Shown here: positions 1 to 6,635 of the stretch, one piece after another
Layout: each line of letters starts with the position of its first letter
How positions within the stretch are numbered: position 1 is the stretch's first letter
Source of the DNA: Candidatus Krumholzibacteriia bacterium
GTDB lineage: Bacteria > Krumholzibacteriota > Krumholzibacteriia > LZORAL124-64-63
Reading direction: 5' to 3'
Length of the DNA: 12,641 bases
NCBI GenBank assembly: GCA_046484865.1
Contig: JAWOID010000031.1
Span: forward strand, 1-12,641
Made by a program: the position numbers and the translations under genes
The notes under the pieces: model-generated
Databases searched by the model: none
Seen by the model: only the letters and a program-made list of their open reading frames with translations
What the model was told of the DNA's origin: nothing

Positions 1-710
1 TCCTCCATCACGCGCGCGTCGGGACCCTCGCTCTTCGTGTCCTCGAGGAAGTCCAGGTAGGTGCTGTCCTCGTCGTTGCCCACGTAGTCGTCGAGGAAGA
101 AGTTGTCCTGCATCAGCGGCAGGGTGTCCTTCACCTCGTCGAGCGAGAGGCCGAGCGCCCCGGCGATCTCCTCGGGCTCCGGCTTGCGGCGCAGGCGCTG
201 CTGCAGCTCGCCGCTCACCTTCTTGATCTGGTTCAGCACCCGCGCCCGGTTCAGGGGCATGCGCACGATCTTCGAGTGGTTGGCCAGGGCGGCGAGGATC
301 GACTGCCGGATCCACCAGACGGCGTACGAGATGAACTTGTACCCGCGAGTCTCGTCGAAGCGCTGAGCCGCCTTCAGCAGGCCGAGGTTGCCCTCGTTGA
401 TGAGGTCCTCCAGCGGCACACCGTAGTGCGCGTACTCCTTCGCGATCGACACCACGAAGCGGAGATTGGCCTTCACCAGGCGGTGCAGCGCCTCGTTGTC
501 CTGCTCGTGGATGCCACGGGCCAGTTCGCACTCCTCCTCGCGCGTGAGGAGGTCGTACGCCTTCACTTCCTGGAAGTAGAGATCCAGGTTGCTCATCAGA
601 TTCGAATGACCGGCCGCAGCGGCACCGGCTGCTCGTCGCTCGGCGATCCGACGCTCCGCACTTCCGCGCTCGCTGGTCTTTCGCTCGGCGCTCTTGCGCG
701 CTCTTGCCAT
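1..710 (-). CDS. RNA polymerase sigma-70 family factor (RpoD/RpoS-like, no region 1.1); 3' end runs off the window
   Basis: Manual translation, as it is not in the ORF track: MARARKSAERK...MSNLDLYFQEVKAYDLLTREEECELARGI...LVKANLRFVVSIAKEY...LEDLINEGNLGLLKAAQRFDETRGYKFISYAVWWIRQSI...IVRMPLNR...KPEPEEIA, covering regions 1.2, 2.1-2.4 and 3. ATG at 710 is preceded by AGAGAGG at 8 nt. An in-frame ATG at 596 has no SD. Confidence 0.96.
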   Translation of the reverse strand, partial: MARARKSAERKTSERGSAERRIAERRAAGAAAAGHSNLMSNLDLYFQEVKAYDLLTREEECELARGIHEQDNEALHRLVKANLRFVVSIAKEYAHYGVPLEDLINEGNLGLLKAAQRFDETRGYKFISYAVWWIRQSILAALANHSKIVRMPLNRARVLNQIKKVSGELQQRLRRKPEPEEIAGALGLSLDEVKDTLPLMQDNFFLDDYVGNDEDSTYLDFLEDTKSEGPDARVME

Positions 711-736
711 CCCTGGAACCTCTCTAGTGTTGAACC

Positions 737-755
737 CCTCCCCGAGCCGGGGAGG
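737..755 (-). promoter_or_regulatory. GC hairpin in the sigma-factor 5' leader
   Basis: Perfect inverted repeat CCTCCCCG-agc-CGGGGAGG just upstream of the SD. Confidence 0.5.
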
Positions 756-784
756 CGGTGGGGATCGATGCTTGTCATTCCTGT

Positions 785-800
785 AACAAGTTGCGTACCA
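785..800 (-). promoter_or_regulatory. Putative sigma54 (-24/-12) promoter for the sigma-factor gene
   Basis: Minus strand TGGTACGCAACTTGTT versus consensus TGGCACNNNNNTTGCW. Spacing is exact, but the -12 element reads TTGT instead of TTGC. Confidence 0.55.
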
Positions 801-835
801 TATCGCTTCTCGGGAACGCCCCGATACGTGAGCCG

Positions 836-860
836 CAAGTCGCTGTCGAAGAAAGACCTA
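836..860. promoter_or_regulatory. IHF-like degenerate dyad
   Basis: CAA-gtcg-CTG-tcgaa-GAA-agac-CTA has the same layout as 5901-5925. It partially matches the IHF consensus WATCAANNNNTTR on both strands. Confidence 0.35.
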
Positions 861-914
861 CGGGTTCAGGAGAATCGGACCCGCTTTTCCTTCCGTGCAG
901 GCGCGCCCGGAGTT

Positions 915-959
915 CGCCATTCTGTCAATTCGGCGCTGGAACAACCGACATGCTGTCAA
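915..959. repeat. 14-bp direct repeat pair, candidate activator (UAS) sites
   Basis: CGCCATTCTGTCAA (915-928) and CGACATGCTGTCAA (946-959) are 12/14 identical with a 31-bp period. Confidence 0.55.
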
Positions 960-1068
960 CCCGCCGTCACGCCTGGAGTTCCCGGATCGTGCACCGCAAG
1001 CGCGGTCGAGTTGCGCGCGTTCCGCTTCCCGGGAGCCTGCCGGCCACCCTTCCGGCGGCGGCCAGATC

Positions 1069-2514
1069 CTAGTAAGTCACCTGGACGGTGTAGGCCAGCC
1101 GACTCTCGCCGTCGGCGGGCACCGGCACCTTGAACACCAGCTCCGTGGCCGATGTCTTCCGGTGCTCGTGGCTGGCGCTCAGCACCTCCCAGTCGCCGCC
1201 CACCTGCTCGCGCACCTCGACGGTGACGTCCTCGTCCTTGTGGTTGCGCAAGGTGATCTCCCAGCTCGTGCGATGGACGCGGTCGCCGACGCGCCGGTAG
1301 TCCGTCTGCACGCGCTCGGCCACCACGTCGAAGGCCGAACCCACGTGCAATTCCACCGTCTCGTCCAGCGGCGTGTGGCGGATCCGGTCCTCACCGAGAA
1401 GCTGCCGCGATCCACTGCTCGAGGCGCCGTAGACCCGCACGATGCCGGCCGGCAGGGCTCGACCGAGGCCGGCCTGTTCCCGGTTCTCGAAGCTGTAGAC
1501 CACCCGGACCGGCTGGTGAGGATCTCCACCGCTCCCCCGGAACCAGTGCTGCTGCGCCTGCACGCGGTAGTGACGCTGCACCGCAATCCCCGTCGCCTCG
1601 AACAGCGAGACCTGCTTGATCTGGCGGTCCCTGAGGGTGGTGGTACCCGGCAGGGTGTAGAGGTGGTAATCGTAGAGCGCTTCCTCCACCACGTCGGCAA
1701 CCTCACCGAGCGCCTTCTCCATCGCGTACTGCGGGGCTCGCAACGCACGCGGCGGCCGCACCCGGTTCACATCGCCGGCCACCAGCAGCAGCCGCGCGTC
1801 GCGATAGGTGGCGCCGCTGCGGTTGTCCAGCGAGACCCAGGCCTGCAGGTCGGCCTCGCGGCCGTCCGGGTCGAGTTGCAGGACGTAGTCGGCGCTCCAG
1901 GACATCCCGCCCGTCAGGTAGGAGGCCTCCACCCGGGCCTCGCCCGCCCGGTCGGTGCGGCTGCGCCAGACGAGGGTGGGACGGGCCCTGAGTTCCCGGG
2001 GCAGTTCGGGCAGAGCCATGCGGCCGGGAACCTCGAACAGGATCTCGCCCCCCACCCGGTAGACCGGTCCCTGGGCGATACCCAGCAGGGTACCGGTGAT
2101 CCGTTCGCCGTCCTCCTGGATCCAGGCGATCTCCCGGCCCACGTACTTCTCCAGGATCTTCTCGCGCGACATCAGGTCGTACTCGTAGTTCTGCTCCAGG
2201 ATCTCCAGGGCCGTGCGGCCCTCGCTCTCCACCAGCAGGGTGGTGGGCTGGATCTGCTCCGGCACGTCGCGGAACTCGAGCTGGAACTCGCCCGCGGGCA
2301 GTCGCAGGGTCCGCAACTCGCGGACCAGGCCGATGTCCTGGTTGTAGACGGTCACGTCGATGGTCTGGCGGTCCCCCGCGGTACTGATCACGGGTTCGGA
2401 TGCGGGCACGGCGGCGGCCGCCGCCGGACTCGCGAGACCGCCCGCCGGGAGCGTCGCGGTCAGGATGGCCAGCGCCAGACCGGAGCCTCGCTGGCGGATG
2501 CGCTGAGCGTTCAC
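1069..2514 (-). CDS. DUF4139-family secreted protein
   Basis: 481 aa, GTG start after GAGAGGGGAG. It has an N-terminal signal-peptide-like stretch and family motifs VTVYNQDIGLVRELR, ILEQNYEYDL, SYLTGGMSWSADY, LLVAGDVNR, GEDRIRHTP and a terminal YTVQVTY. Confidence 0.88.
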   Translation of the reverse strand: MNAQRIRQRGSGLALAILTATLPAGGLASPAAAAAVPASEPVISTAGDRQTIDVTVYNQDIGLVRELRTLRLPAGEFQLEFRDVPEQIQPTTLLVESEGRTALEILEQNYEYDLMSREKILEKYVGREIAWIQEDGERITGTLLGIAQGPVYRVGGEILFEVPGRMALPELPRELRARPTLVWRSRTDRAGEARVEASYLTGGMSWSADYVLQLDPDGREADLQAWVSLDNRSGATYRDARLLLVAGDVNRVRPPRALRAPQYAMEKALGEVADVVEEALYDYHLYTLPGTTTLRDRQIKQVSLFEATGIAVQRHYRVQAQQHWFRGSGGDPHQPVRVVYSFENREQAGLGRALPAGIVRVYGASSSGSRQLLGEDRIRHTPLDETVELHVGSAFDVVAERVQTDYRRVGDRVHRTSWEITLRNHKDEDVTVEVREQVGGDWEVLSASHEHRKTSATELVFKVPVPADGESRLAYTVQVTY

Positions 2515-2604
2515 GGATCTCCCCTCTCGCTACGTGACGTGATCGGCACCGTGTGCGAACGGCCGGGCAGCCATCGCCGGCGGGCGACTCCGCCGGTGTT
2601 CCGA

Positions 2605-2632
2605 CTAAAGCGCCCAGGGCCGGCGTCGAATC
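2605..2632 (+). promoter_or_regulatory. Putative sigma28 (FliA/SigD-type) promoter for the CheY-like gene
   Basis: cTAAA-N15-GTCGAATC versus consensus TAAA-N15-GCCGATAA. It shares CTAAAGCGC-N9-GCGTCGA with 7436-7463. Confidence 0.65.
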
Positions 2633-2718
2633 CTACAACACCACGACAGCCGGCAGGTTGCCAAGGATTTCGCGGGGACCACACGGGACCGCCCCACGGA
2701 CCCGTTCCGGAGGTGCTG

Positions 2719-3090
2719 ATGGGCTCGACCGTCCTGATCGTCGACGACGCCGCGTTCATGCGGGTGATGCTCAGGGACATCCTGCTGCAGATGGGGCTCG
2801 ACGTGGTCGGCGAGGGCGAGGACGGTGAACAGGCGGTGGAACTCTTCCGTCGCCTGCGTCCCGATCTCGTGATGCTCGATGTCCGCATGCCCGGGACCGA
2901 CGGCCTGACGGCCCTCGAGCGGATCGTCGCGGAGGACCCCGCCGCCCAGGTCGTGATGATCACGCCGCTGGGGCAGAAGGAGGCCGTGCTGGCGTCGATC
3001 AAGACCGGAGCCCGGGATTTCGTCATCAAGCCGTTCGACCAGGAGCGGGTGCAGGAGACGGTCCAGCGCGTCCTGACGGCGCCGGTCTGA
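2719..3090 (+). CDS. cheY: CheY-like single-domain response regulator
   Basis: 123 aa, the true 3' part of track ORF 895..3090. ATG follows SD GGAGGT. Motifs VLIVDDAAFMR, LDVRMP (phospho-Asp), LGQ and DFVIKPF resemble Thermotoga/Bacillus-type CheY. Confidence 0.9.
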   Translation: MGSTVLIVDDAAFMRVMLRDILLQMGLDVVGEGEDGEQAVELFRRLRPDLVMLDVRMPGTDGLTALERIVAEDPAAQVVMITPLGQKEAVLASIKTGARDFVIKPFDQERVQETVQRVLTAPV

Positions 3091-3117
3091 CGACCCGGCG
3101 CCCGCCCCGGGAGGAGC

Positions 3118-3903
3118 CTAGACCAGCACCAGCACCAGCAGTCCGAGCGCCGCGCAGTACGGACCGAACTTCCAGAAGTGGTGTTGCACCACCGCCAGCG
3201 CCGTCCACCGAATGGCCAGCAGACCGACCGCGAACGCCACCACCGCACTCATCACCAGACCGGCGACGTCGGTGCGGAGCTCCTGCTGAGGCCCCAGCAG
3301 ATGCAGCACGAGCGCACCGCCGATGGCCGGCACCGAGAGCAGGAAGCTGAAGCGTGCCGCCTCGTCCCGGGGCAGGCCCAACCAGAGGGCGGCGGTGATG
3401 GTGGCACCGGAGCGGCTGATGCCCGGGCAGATGGCCAGCGCCTGGGCACAGCCGATCAGCAGCGCCCGCGACAGGGACGGCGGGCGCGGTTGCCACGCGA
3501 TCCCCCGGGACGCCTCCGGGGCGCGCGCCCGCAGGGTCGAGAGCAGCAGACCCGCCGTGATCAGCAGGCCGGCGCCGGCCGTGGCCGGACTCACGAACAG
3601 ACGCTCCACCGTGGCCTGCAGACCCACTCCCACGAGGCCCGCCGGCACCGTGCCCAGCGCGAGGGCGAAGAGGTAGCCGCGAGCCGCCGCATCCAGGCGC
3701 AGCAGGCGGCCGACCTCTCGCCGGTACACGACCAGCACCGATCCCAGCGTGCCGCAGTGCAGCACCACGTCGAAGAAGAGATCGCCGGGGCTGGCGCCGA
3801 TGAAGTGCTGCATCAGGACGAGGTGACCTGAACTGCTCACGGGCAGGAACTCGGTCAGACCCTGGACCGCGGCGAGCGCCAGGACCTCCACCAGATGGCT
3901 CAT
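3118..3903 (-). CDS. uppP: Undecaprenyl-diphosphate phosphatase (BacA/UppP)
   Basis: 261 aa from ATG 3903, with SD GAGGA. Signature motifs QGLTEFLPVSSSGH, PGISRSGAT and ARFSFLLSVP, plus multiple hydrophobic segments. Confidence 0.96.
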   Translation of the reverse strand: MSHLVEVLALAAVQGLTEFLPVSSSGHLVLMQHFIGASPGDLFFDVVLHCGTLGSVLVVYRREVGRLLRLDAAARGYLFALALGTVPAGLVGVGLQATVERLFVSPATAGAGLLITAGLLLSTLRARAPEASRGIAWQPRPPSLSRALLIGCAQALAICPGISRSGATITAALWLGLPRDEAARFSFLLSVPAIGGALVLHLLGPQQELRTDVAGLVMSAVVAFAVGLLAIRWTALAVVQHHFWKFGPYCAALGLLVLVLV

Positions 3904-3980
3904 GCTGTCGTTCCTCGCTGATGGGGTGAAGGGTCGGCGGAGATGCCGCGGAAGGAGCCGGGACGCCGCACGCCGTTCTC

Positions 3981-4859
3981 TCAGCCGCTGGCTTCCAGCT
4001 CGCGCCGGGACGGCGCCCGCGCCAGGCTGTAGTGCCGGCGAGCCTCGTGCGGTCGTCGCAGCGCGTCGTACGTGAGGGCCAGCCGGTAGTGCACGCGGCC
4101 GTCCTCGGGGAACGCCTCCAGCGCCCGCTGCAGAGCGGCCAGAGCCTCTTCGAACCGCTCGAGCTTGTGCAGCCCGATGCCGATGTGGTACTGCGCACGC
4201 ACGAGTCGCGGATCGATCTTCAGCGCCAGTTCGAACCGGCGCACCGCCTGGGCGTAGACGCCCTGGCGCAGCAGGCAGACCCCGGCGAAGTACTGCCCGC
4301 GGGCGAAGCGCGGATCGAGCCGCGTCGCTTCCTCGAAGCACTCCACCGCCTCGACGAACTCCTCGCGGTGCAGATGCACCAGCCCCAGCGACAGGTACCC
4401 CTCGGGATCGGCGGCCAGGTCGATCGCCGACTGGAATGCCCGCGCCGCGTCCTCGCTGCGCCCTTCCTCCGCGTAGATGGCTCCGAGGTTGTGATAGGTC
4501 GCGGCGGTCGCGTCCTCGGAGAAGATCGCCTTCTGGTACGAGCGCACCGCATCCTCGCGACGGCCGCGCCGATCGAGGACCACGCCGAGGTTGGTCAGAT
4601 AGCGCCCGCAGCGCGGAGCCAGCTCGCAGGCCGCACGGAACTGCTCCTCGGCGCCAGACAGGTCGTCCTGCTTCAGCCGGACGCAGCCGAGCCGGTAGTG
4701 CCACTCGGGGGGAGGTGCGGTCGCCCGCAAGAGAGCCTCGCCATACGCGGCTGCAGCCGCGACGAGGTCTCCGGATTGTTCGGCGCGCCGACCCTCCTGG
4801 AAGCGCTCGGCGGCACGGCCGGCGAAGCCGGCCTCGTCATGCGGTTCATGTTCTTTCAT
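3981..4859 (-). CDS. Cytoplasmic tetratricopeptide-repeat protein
   Basis: 292 aa of consecutive 34-aa TPR units (WHYRLG...A, YLTNLG, TYHNLG, YLSLG, QYFAG, QYHIG, HYRLA). No signal peptide. Confidence 0.9.
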   Translation of the reverse strand: MKEHEPHDEAGFAGRAAERFQEGRRAEQSGDLVAAAAAYGEALLRATAPPPEWHYRLGCVRLKQDDLSGAEEQFRAACELAPRCGRYLTNLGVVLDRRGRREDAVRSYQKAIFSEDATAATYHNLGAIYAEEGRSEDAARAFQSAIDLAADPEGYLSLGLVHLHREEFVEAVECFEEATRLDPRFARGQYFAGVCLLRQGVYAQAVRRFELALKIDPRLVRAQYHIGIGLHKLERFEEALAALQRALEAFPEDGRVHYRLALTYDALRRPHEARRHYSLARAPSRRELEASG

Positions 4860-4865
4860 GCGCGG

Positions 4866-4894
4866 AATCTACCGCAGCAGCCGCAGGAGGTCAA
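4866..4894 (-). promoter_or_regulatory. sigma70-type promoter, probably producing a leaderless mRNA
   Basis: TTGACC-17 nt-TAGATT, followed by only 6 nt (CCGCGC) before the TPR ATG. No SD. Confidence 0.7.
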
Positions 4895-4930
4895 TCATGT
4901 GCCGGTATTCGATTCAGCGATCGCTCGTGT

Positions 4931-5824
4931 TCAGGCGAGCAGCGGATCGCGGTCGTCGATCTCGACCTCGAGCAGGATCCGCACCGAGCCGTGCTTCTCG
5001 ATCAGGCTGCGCGGCACGCGCACGGGGATCACGATCGGGGGTCGCAACTCGTCGAAGAAGGCGCCACGCCCTCCGGCCAGAGCCGAGAGATCGCGACTGC
5101 CGCGGCGCGGCAGGACCACTCCGTCCAGGCGCATCGGGTTCGCCTCCCGGCTCTCCGGCGCACCCGGGCGTCGCAACGGCTCGGGGGTGTGGTCGGTGCC
5201 CGGAACCGGCGGGGACGGATCGAAGTCCGGCGAGCCCATCTCGGCCTCGGCCCCTCGCTCCTGGTCGTCCTGCAGCACCTGGCTGATGCCCAGCCCCAGG
5301 ATGGCCTTGAGCGTCTCCTTGACCCCCTCGCGCTGGGCGGTGCTGGACGGGAAGCTGAGCAGGCCCCAGGGGTTGAGCAGGTTCTCCAGCCGGTCGACCG
5401 GCATGGTGTCCTGCTGCTCCCGGCGGTTGTACTGGATCACCAGCGGCACGGACATCAGGTCGCGCCCCCAGGCGTCCAGGAAGGCCTTGAGGCCCTCGAA
5501 GGCACTGAGGCTCTGGTCCAGCCGCGACACCCCGGAGTGGACCACGAAGACGATGCCGTCGAAGGGAGCATCCGGGCAGGTACCCGGCTGTGGCACCGGT
5601 TCGCGTCCGAGATCCACGCACCGGACCATCACCCGCCAGTCGCCCTGATCGCCGTTGCGCAGCAGGAAGGCGATCTCCTGGCCCGATCCGTCGCCGCTCG
5701 CCAGACGGTGCTCCGCCGGCACGGACGCGATGATCTGCTTCAGGTTCTCGCGCTTGCCGGCACCCGCAGCTCCGTAGTAGAGGAGCCGACAGGCACGGGT
5801 GGCGACCGCGGGACGGGTGGACAC
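4931..5824 (-). CDS. Degenerate MglA-like small GTPase with C-terminal extension (putative pseudo-GTPase)
   Basis: GTG 5824 follows SD GAGGAG at 7 nt; 297 aa. CRLLYYGAAGAGKRENL, DGIVFVVHS, PLVIQYNRRE and GVKETLKAI parallel MglA CKIVYYGPGLCGKTTNL, DGVVFVADS, PYVIQYNKRD and GVFDTLKAV (reference recalled from memory). Confidence 0.8.
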   Translation of the reverse strand: MSTRPAVATRACRLLYYGAAGAGKRENLKQIIASVPAEHRLASGDGSGQEIAFLLRNGDQGDWRVMVRCVDLGREPVPQPGTCPDAPFDGIVFVVHSGVSRLDQSLSAFEGLKAFLDAWGRDLMSVPLVIQYNRREQQDTMPVDRLENLLNPWGLLSFPSSTAQREGVKETLKAILGLGISQVLQDDQERGAEAEMGSPDFDPSPPVPGTDHTPEPLRRPGAPESREANPMRLDGVVLPRRGSRDLSALAGGRGAFFDELRPPIVIPVRVPRSLIEKHGSVRILLEVEIDDRDPLLA

Positions 5825-5871
5825 GTTTGCACTCCTCGGCGCAGGAAATCGGTCTGTGCTGGTCGTACCGG

Positions 5872-5888
5872 AGCAACTGCCGTGCCAG
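5872..5888 (-). promoter_or_regulatory. sigma54 (-24/-12) promoter for the MglA-like gene
   Basis: Minus strand CTGGCACGGCAGTTGCT fully matches YTGGCACRNNNNTTGCW, about 50 nt upstream of the start codon. Confidence 0.8.
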
Positions 5889-5900
5889 CTTTCGTGTCTA

Positions 5901-5925
5901 TAACATGCTGTATCGCAATCGTTTA
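5901..5925. promoter_or_regulatory. IHF-like dyad upstream of the sigma54 promoter
   Basis: TAA-catg-CTG-tatcg-CAA-tcgt-TTA in an AT-rich patch. It matches the CAA-N4-TTR core on + and approximately on -. Confidence 0.4.
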
Positions 5926-5943
5926 CAGCCAGTACGGGGGCGG

Positions 5944-5978
5944 CCGCCGAAAAGGCAAGCAATTTGCACGTTCGGCGG
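5944..5978. promoter_or_regulatory. 35-bp interrupted palindrome, candidate enhancer site
   Basis: CCGCCGAA-aag-GCAA-gcaat-TTGC-acg-TTCGGCGG, centred at 5961, about 100 bp upstream of the predicted sigma54 start. Confidence 0.55.
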
Positions 5979-6068
5979 GGAAGGGCGCGACGCTTCGCAA
6001 CGCTCTGGCACCCCTTGTCGCCCTTCCCGGGATCACGAGGGAGCAACCTCCGTCATGGGAGCCTGGTC

Positions 6069-6509
6069 ATGACGACCAACACCGACAAGATCCTCAAGAC
6101 GATGTTCAGTCGACTGCTGCAGATCGAGGTGACCGAATCCGTGCTGCTGAAGCTCGCCGCGGTGATCGACAGCGTGATGGAACGGGTGGGCGACCGCTTC
6201 GACCTGGAGACCGTGCAATCGCAGAACACGTTCCGGGCCCTCCTCTGCTCCATGGTGGTCCACGGCTGGGGGAACGGCATGCATCCGTACCACAACCCCG
6301 CCGTCGACCAGGAAGGGCAGCCGCTCGAGGTGCGCGTCAGCAAGGACATCCTCGTGGGCATGGAGGACCTGCAATCCCTGCGCTACGTCAAGAAGGACCG
6401 GGAGGGCCGGGTCAAGAAGGCGCTGTTCGAGCCCGACCAGAACGTCCGCGTCCGCCAGCAGATCGACGACATCCTCGGCGAGATCAGCCAGTCGAAGCGG
6501 AGCGAGTGA
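6069..6509 (+). CDS. Hypothetical protein (146 aa)
   Basis: ATG 6069 follows GGGAG at 7 nt. Strong G/C third-position bias and normal globular composition. No family recognised. Confidence 0.8.
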   Translation: MTTNTDKILKTMFSRLLQIEVTESVLLKLAAVIDSVMERVGDRFDLETVQSQNTFRALLCSMVVHGWGNGMHPYHNPAVDQEGQPLEVRVSKDILVGMEDLQSLRYVKKDREGRVKKALFEPDQNVRVRQQIDDILGEISQSKRSE

Positions 6510-6541
6510 CGGAACTCACAGCTCCGCTCGGCAAGCCGTCG

Positions 6542-6592
6542 CCGGAGACACCGAGAGCCGCCCCCGGCCGGAGGCGGCTCCCGTGTGTCCGG
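6542..6592. terminator. Long GC hairpin between convergent genes
   Basis: Nested stems CCGGA/TCCGG, ACAC/GTGT and GAGCCGCC/GGCGGCTC. There is no U-tract, so a terminator role is only inferred from position. Confidence 0.45.
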
Positions 6593-6635
6593 AGAGCCGG
6601 CGGCCACGCCGACTCGCGGAATGCCGGCGGGCCGC

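Noticed and set aside
596..838. 80-aa minus-strand ORF whose TGA overlaps the ATG at 596 (apparent coupled uORF)
   Set aside because: It overlaps the in-frame sigma N-terminal extension, which has a good SD at 710. It also spans the predicted promoter, and its codon usage is poor.
923..959. Two perfect TTGACA hexamers on the minus strand as sigma70 -35 boxes
   Set aside because: Neither has a -10-like hexamer 16-18 nt downstream (GCGCCG, CGCGCC). They are better explained as part of a longer direct repeat.
2539..2565. GCCGATCA on the minus strand upstream of the DUF4139 gene as a fourth sigma28 promoter
   Set aside because: The -35 position 15 nt upstream reads CCGG, with no TAAA/TCAA.
2580..2665. 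Resemblance to a c-di-GMP-I riboswitch (AAAGC...CAGGGCC...GACAGCCGG...TTGCC) upstream of cheY
   Set aside because: There is no GNRA-capped P2 stem or GGCAAA/GCAAA core. The AAAGC belongs to the sigma28-type -35, so most of the region would not be transcribed.
6005..6022. CTGGCAC as a sigma54 -24 box for the 146-aa gene
   Set aside because: The GC of the -12 element is displaced by one base (TGGCAC-N6-TCGC), and sigma54 spacing is strict.
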